64,000 bases of DNA from Heterodontus francisci (lineage: Eukaryota), in NCBI RefSeq assembly GCF_036365525.1, contig NC_090404.1, positions 6,634,001 through 6,698,000 of the forward strand, written 5' to 3'. Positions 60,341 to 64,000 of the stretch are shown here, piece after piece. The position numbers and the translations under genes were made by a program. Positions within the stretch are counted from its first letter, which is position 1. Every line of letters starts with the position of its first letter. The notes under the pieces are model-generated. The model was not told the DNA's origin and ran no database searches. It saw nothing but the letters and a program-made list of their open reading frames with translations.

Positions 60341-61129
60341 ACATCAACAACTGACACCTGTACTCGATCACTGGTCTAAAGCCTTGCTACCTGACCAAAC
60401 TAGAATACATGTGTCGTGTTCGATTCGAGTCGGGCATTTAAAAATAAATGCACTGGCCGAAGAGGTAGGACAGTTTAGAGGTTAATCCTGTCAACATGCA
60501 GAATAACAGACTATAAAGGAACAATGATCTCAAAGTCTGGACAGGATGTGTTGAATCAGGTTCAAAAGGATTAAATTATATATGTTTTCAATATTAGACA
60601 ATCAAATGAAAATCTGGAACCCAGATGGGGATATAGATTGGTGTTAGGTCGGAGGATTTAAATCAGTGTATTACTCCAGAAATCTTGCAATCAGAGTGAC
60701 TTTATTTCCGAACAGATTCCTGTGATAACAGTAATCTCATTGCTATCTGTTGGTGTAAGACTAATTGAAGTATTTAAAGTGGAGACCACAGGCATGTTAG
60801 AGGATGACATACACAAGGAATTTGTGAACTGTCCAAGGAGATTAGTGAAGGGAAAGGAAGGGATGTGAAAGACACTAGACGATTTCGCTGTTTCTATTAC
60901 GGTATGTCATGTCTCTGTCTATATTACACTCGACATCGTCTCAATTATTACTGCACACGACTACGGCTTTTTTTCTATTACACTAGATACTGTCCCATTT
61001 ATTACTGCATTGCACAATGTGTCAATTTATACTGCACCAGATTCTGACTCAGTAATAATTAAACCGCGCCATGTATCTGTTTATATTACATGAACCCTTG
61101 TCTCAGTTCTAATTGCACTAGGCCATAGA

Positions 61130-61490
61130 TTACTCGAGTTGAAAAATAATGCTTATGATAAACTTTTACAAAACTCCAGTAGGCCTCAGCGGGAGTATTG
61201 TGCCCAGTTCTGGCATCGAAGGACTTCGGGAAGTTGGAGAATGTCTGGAAAAGATTTTCCAAAATGGTACCAGGGATGAAAGATTTCAATTACGTGGAGA
61301 GAGTGAAGGAACCGAGATTGTTCTGCTGAGAACAGAGAAGATTAAAAGGTGATTTCATAGAGGCGTTCAAAATCATGAAGCGTTTTGATAGAATGAATGA
61401 ACTGAAAACATTTTCAGTGACAGAAGGGTCAGTATCCAGAGGAAACAGATTCAAGGTGAACCACAACGTAACCAAAGGGGACATATAAAT
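61130..61490 (+). mobile_element. Old CR1 fragment
   Basis: 'ggagtattgtgcccagttctggcatc', 'aaaaggtgatttcatagaggcgttcaaaatcatg'. Confidence 0.75.
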
Positions 61491-61509
61491 TTGTTTGATC
61501 TTGGAATAC

Positions 61510-62387
61510 AGAGCAGGGAGAGTGCTAGCAACCGAGCCAGGGTTATTGCTAATTAAAATATAGGGCAGGGAGGAATAGGTAAATGGAATTCCAGGAATTC
61601 AACAGTTCAACTTCCAATATTAGATACAGTGTTCAATCAGACAGAGTCCGGGCCTGTCAGATTTTCCCCCATAATGTACAGTATGGCCGGTAGTGCAGGA
61701 ACTGACTGTGGGTATGACCTTAAATCCAGCACCAGAATATTTCTGCCATTCGGGGAATTGTACTGTATCTTTCAACCATTTAATAGGTAACCCACAACTT
61801 CACAATAATCCAAAGGCTGTGTGCTCAAAGTCGGTCATTTTCTACATCAGAAACTTCAGTGGAATGTGAATTGTTAAACAATTGATAGATTGAGAAACAT
61901 CAATCAATTGAGAGTGGTGAAAGGCTTTGGAATAATTGATACATCGAGAGTCATCAATCGGTTGCAAGTTATCGATTGTTTCAGAAAGTTGATGGTTGTG
62001 GATGTATCAATAGATTGGAACAAACAATGAATTGAGGAACATCTAATGCTTGGGAAACACGATGAAGGACAGACATATTGAGAAATATCATTTTTTTTAA
62101 TATGCCACTCGATTAACAGCACCCCCTCCCTCCAACCCACCATATAAGAGGGAAATATCTATTAATTCGGAAATGTCTCTCTGTCTATCTGTTTCTGTTA
62201 GTTGGCACAGAGACAGTTTGTTACTCCTGTTAGTGGGGAATTGAGGGGGTATGGGAACTATGCACAAACCAGATTAATAATGCTCGATTATGGGAGAGAG
62301 ACTCTTATACCAGGGGGAGGGGTCAATCGGGAATCGATCAACTCGGCGCCATTCCCCTAAAAAACGTCACCAATTGCACCTCGATAT
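61510..62387 (+). repeat. IgH-cluster 5' flank block, copy B
   Basis: Colinear with 17930-18806. It continues into unique sequence where copy A jumps straight into VH FR1. Confidence 0.9.
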
Positions 62388-62732
62388 TAATAATTCATTT
62401 TGCAGGGCCTTGGAACATTCGGAAAGAGTGTCAAGGTATAAAATCGGAGCAGAAATGTGTGTGGAGAAGTGATTACAGAATACTGACATACTGGCATGTT
62501 ATTGGAGGCTTTATCTCCTGACAGCAGTTTTCCCCAACACCAAAGAAGTCTAACACAGAAGTGCAACCGGGTGTGAAGCAGGATTCTGCATTAACCTCAT
62601 GCTATAGAGCACTGGCCTTATAATCATGCTCAATATTGTGATTTGAATCACCATATTCAGCAACGTCTCAGACGCAGCTCTGTCCGGCTGTTGCACCATG
62701 TCTGCTCTAACCATATGTATCCATCTGCTCAT

Positions 62733-62899
62733 GTTTCTTATGTTCTCATATTTGTGATTGACAAGGGAGTCAAGTGATATGGGAGGCAGACAGGAAAGTG
62801 AAGTTGAGGTCACAATCAGATCAGCCATGAACTTATTGAATGGTTGAGAGGCTGGAGGGGCCGAATGGCCTAATCCTGCCCTTATTTCTTATGTTCTTA
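62733..62899 (+). mobile_element. Short CR1 3'-end fragment
   Basis: 'agatcagccatgaacttattgaatgg...ggggccgaatggcct...ttcttatgttctta'. Confidence 0.7.
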
Positions 62900-64000
62900 T
62901 CACAGTGACCCTTTACCATTAACCTCAGAACATCTCACTGAAGTACTGAACTCACACGTGCAATTCGGGAATAATTCATTCAGTACATGAATGGACTGAA
63001 TGGAGAGCCTCTGGGGAGTGTGTTTCAGGGAGTTCAGGACATTTGAATTTGTGACCACAGTGTGCAAAAACCACAGAATATATTTCACTGTGGCAATGAC
63101 TTACAATGAATATAAGGCGGTAAATAAAGTTACAGTTTATGCTCCTTCTATGTGGGATTGTACCAGTCTCACAGAGGAACAAGTATTTATATAGGGAAGT
63201 GGAAAAATGTATCTAATGGTTTGCTATATTTCTGCTGTGATTGAAGTAATTCGGGTGAGTGATTTGTTGTGCGTGAAAGGACCACATGTTCAGAAATATT
63301 ACAATCGTCCTTTCTCAACCCAGTCATATTCTCCCTTTGAGACGAAAATTCGCCATCAGCAGAGATGGAATATCAGTACCACAGGGATACCTCAGGTTTC
63401 TCTTTGTGAATTCAGCTCGTTAGCTTCGGATAACCTGTGGATTAAAGTGATCCAGAAAATCAGGAAGGATTGAAGTCTTCAGATTGATACAAATGGAATA
63501 AAGGGGCGGGTTCGTCTTAGGAGTAGTCAATCAGAAAGATGAGAATGTAAAACAGCACCTTTCAGGCCCATCTTTCCATCTCTCCATCCGTCATTCATTC
63601 TCCCATCTATCAATCCATACATCCATCAATCAATCCGTTCATCGGCCCTTTAAACAAAACATTCAGACATCCAACGATCCATTTATTCCAACATCGCTGC
63701 ATCTGTCCCTCCATCCATACAAATCAGCATATTTATCTATTTCAGAATGTGTCCTCTCTCTGATGCCCTCTCTGTCTGTCGGTCTGTATATATGTTTGTC
63801 TGTCTGTCTACCTATCTATCTGCATATCTATAGCAATGTTATGATGTGCTGACAGATCCTCCAGTGGACTGTTGCTACTAACAGCGTGTCTAGACGTTGG
63901 AAGTACTTCCTTTTCTGAGAGATGGGAACAGTTCGCATAGTTCCACAACTGAAAAAAAATAAAATTGACTCCAGTATTGTTGCTGGGTAGATTTGTTTAT

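Overview
Eukaryotic, cartilaginous-fish (shark) genomic DNA; from memory the constant exons closely resemble horn shark (Heterodontus) IgM. The core is a complete but inactivated IgM heavy-chain minilocus on the + strand: a 5'-truncated VH apparently already joined in the germline to D1, then RSS-flanked D2, JH, Cmu1-4 with secretory tail, TM1 and TM2 (about 18.8-34.9 kb). About 12 kb downstream, facing the IgM cluster on the - strand, lie two TCR alpha/delta-like V segments, each with a 23-bp-spacer RSS. One is an intact leader+V gene. The other is an open, apparently leaderless V that has lost both canonical cysteines. A third, decayed TCR Valpha-like gene lies on the + strand near 52.1 kb. 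An ~0.9 kb block upstream of the VH recurs at 61.5-62.4 kb, which suggests the next cluster starts beyond the window and shows that this VH lost its promoter and leader by deletion. The rest is dense with transposons and repeats: many CR1 LINEs (one with intact ORF1 and ORF2), five near-identical young RTE LINE copies, L2/CR1-group and Tx1 LINEs, tRNA-derived SINEs, Penelope-like ends with hammerhead-like cores, a Harbinger Myb remnant and several minisatellites. All calls come from reading the sequence by eye; no database searches were run.
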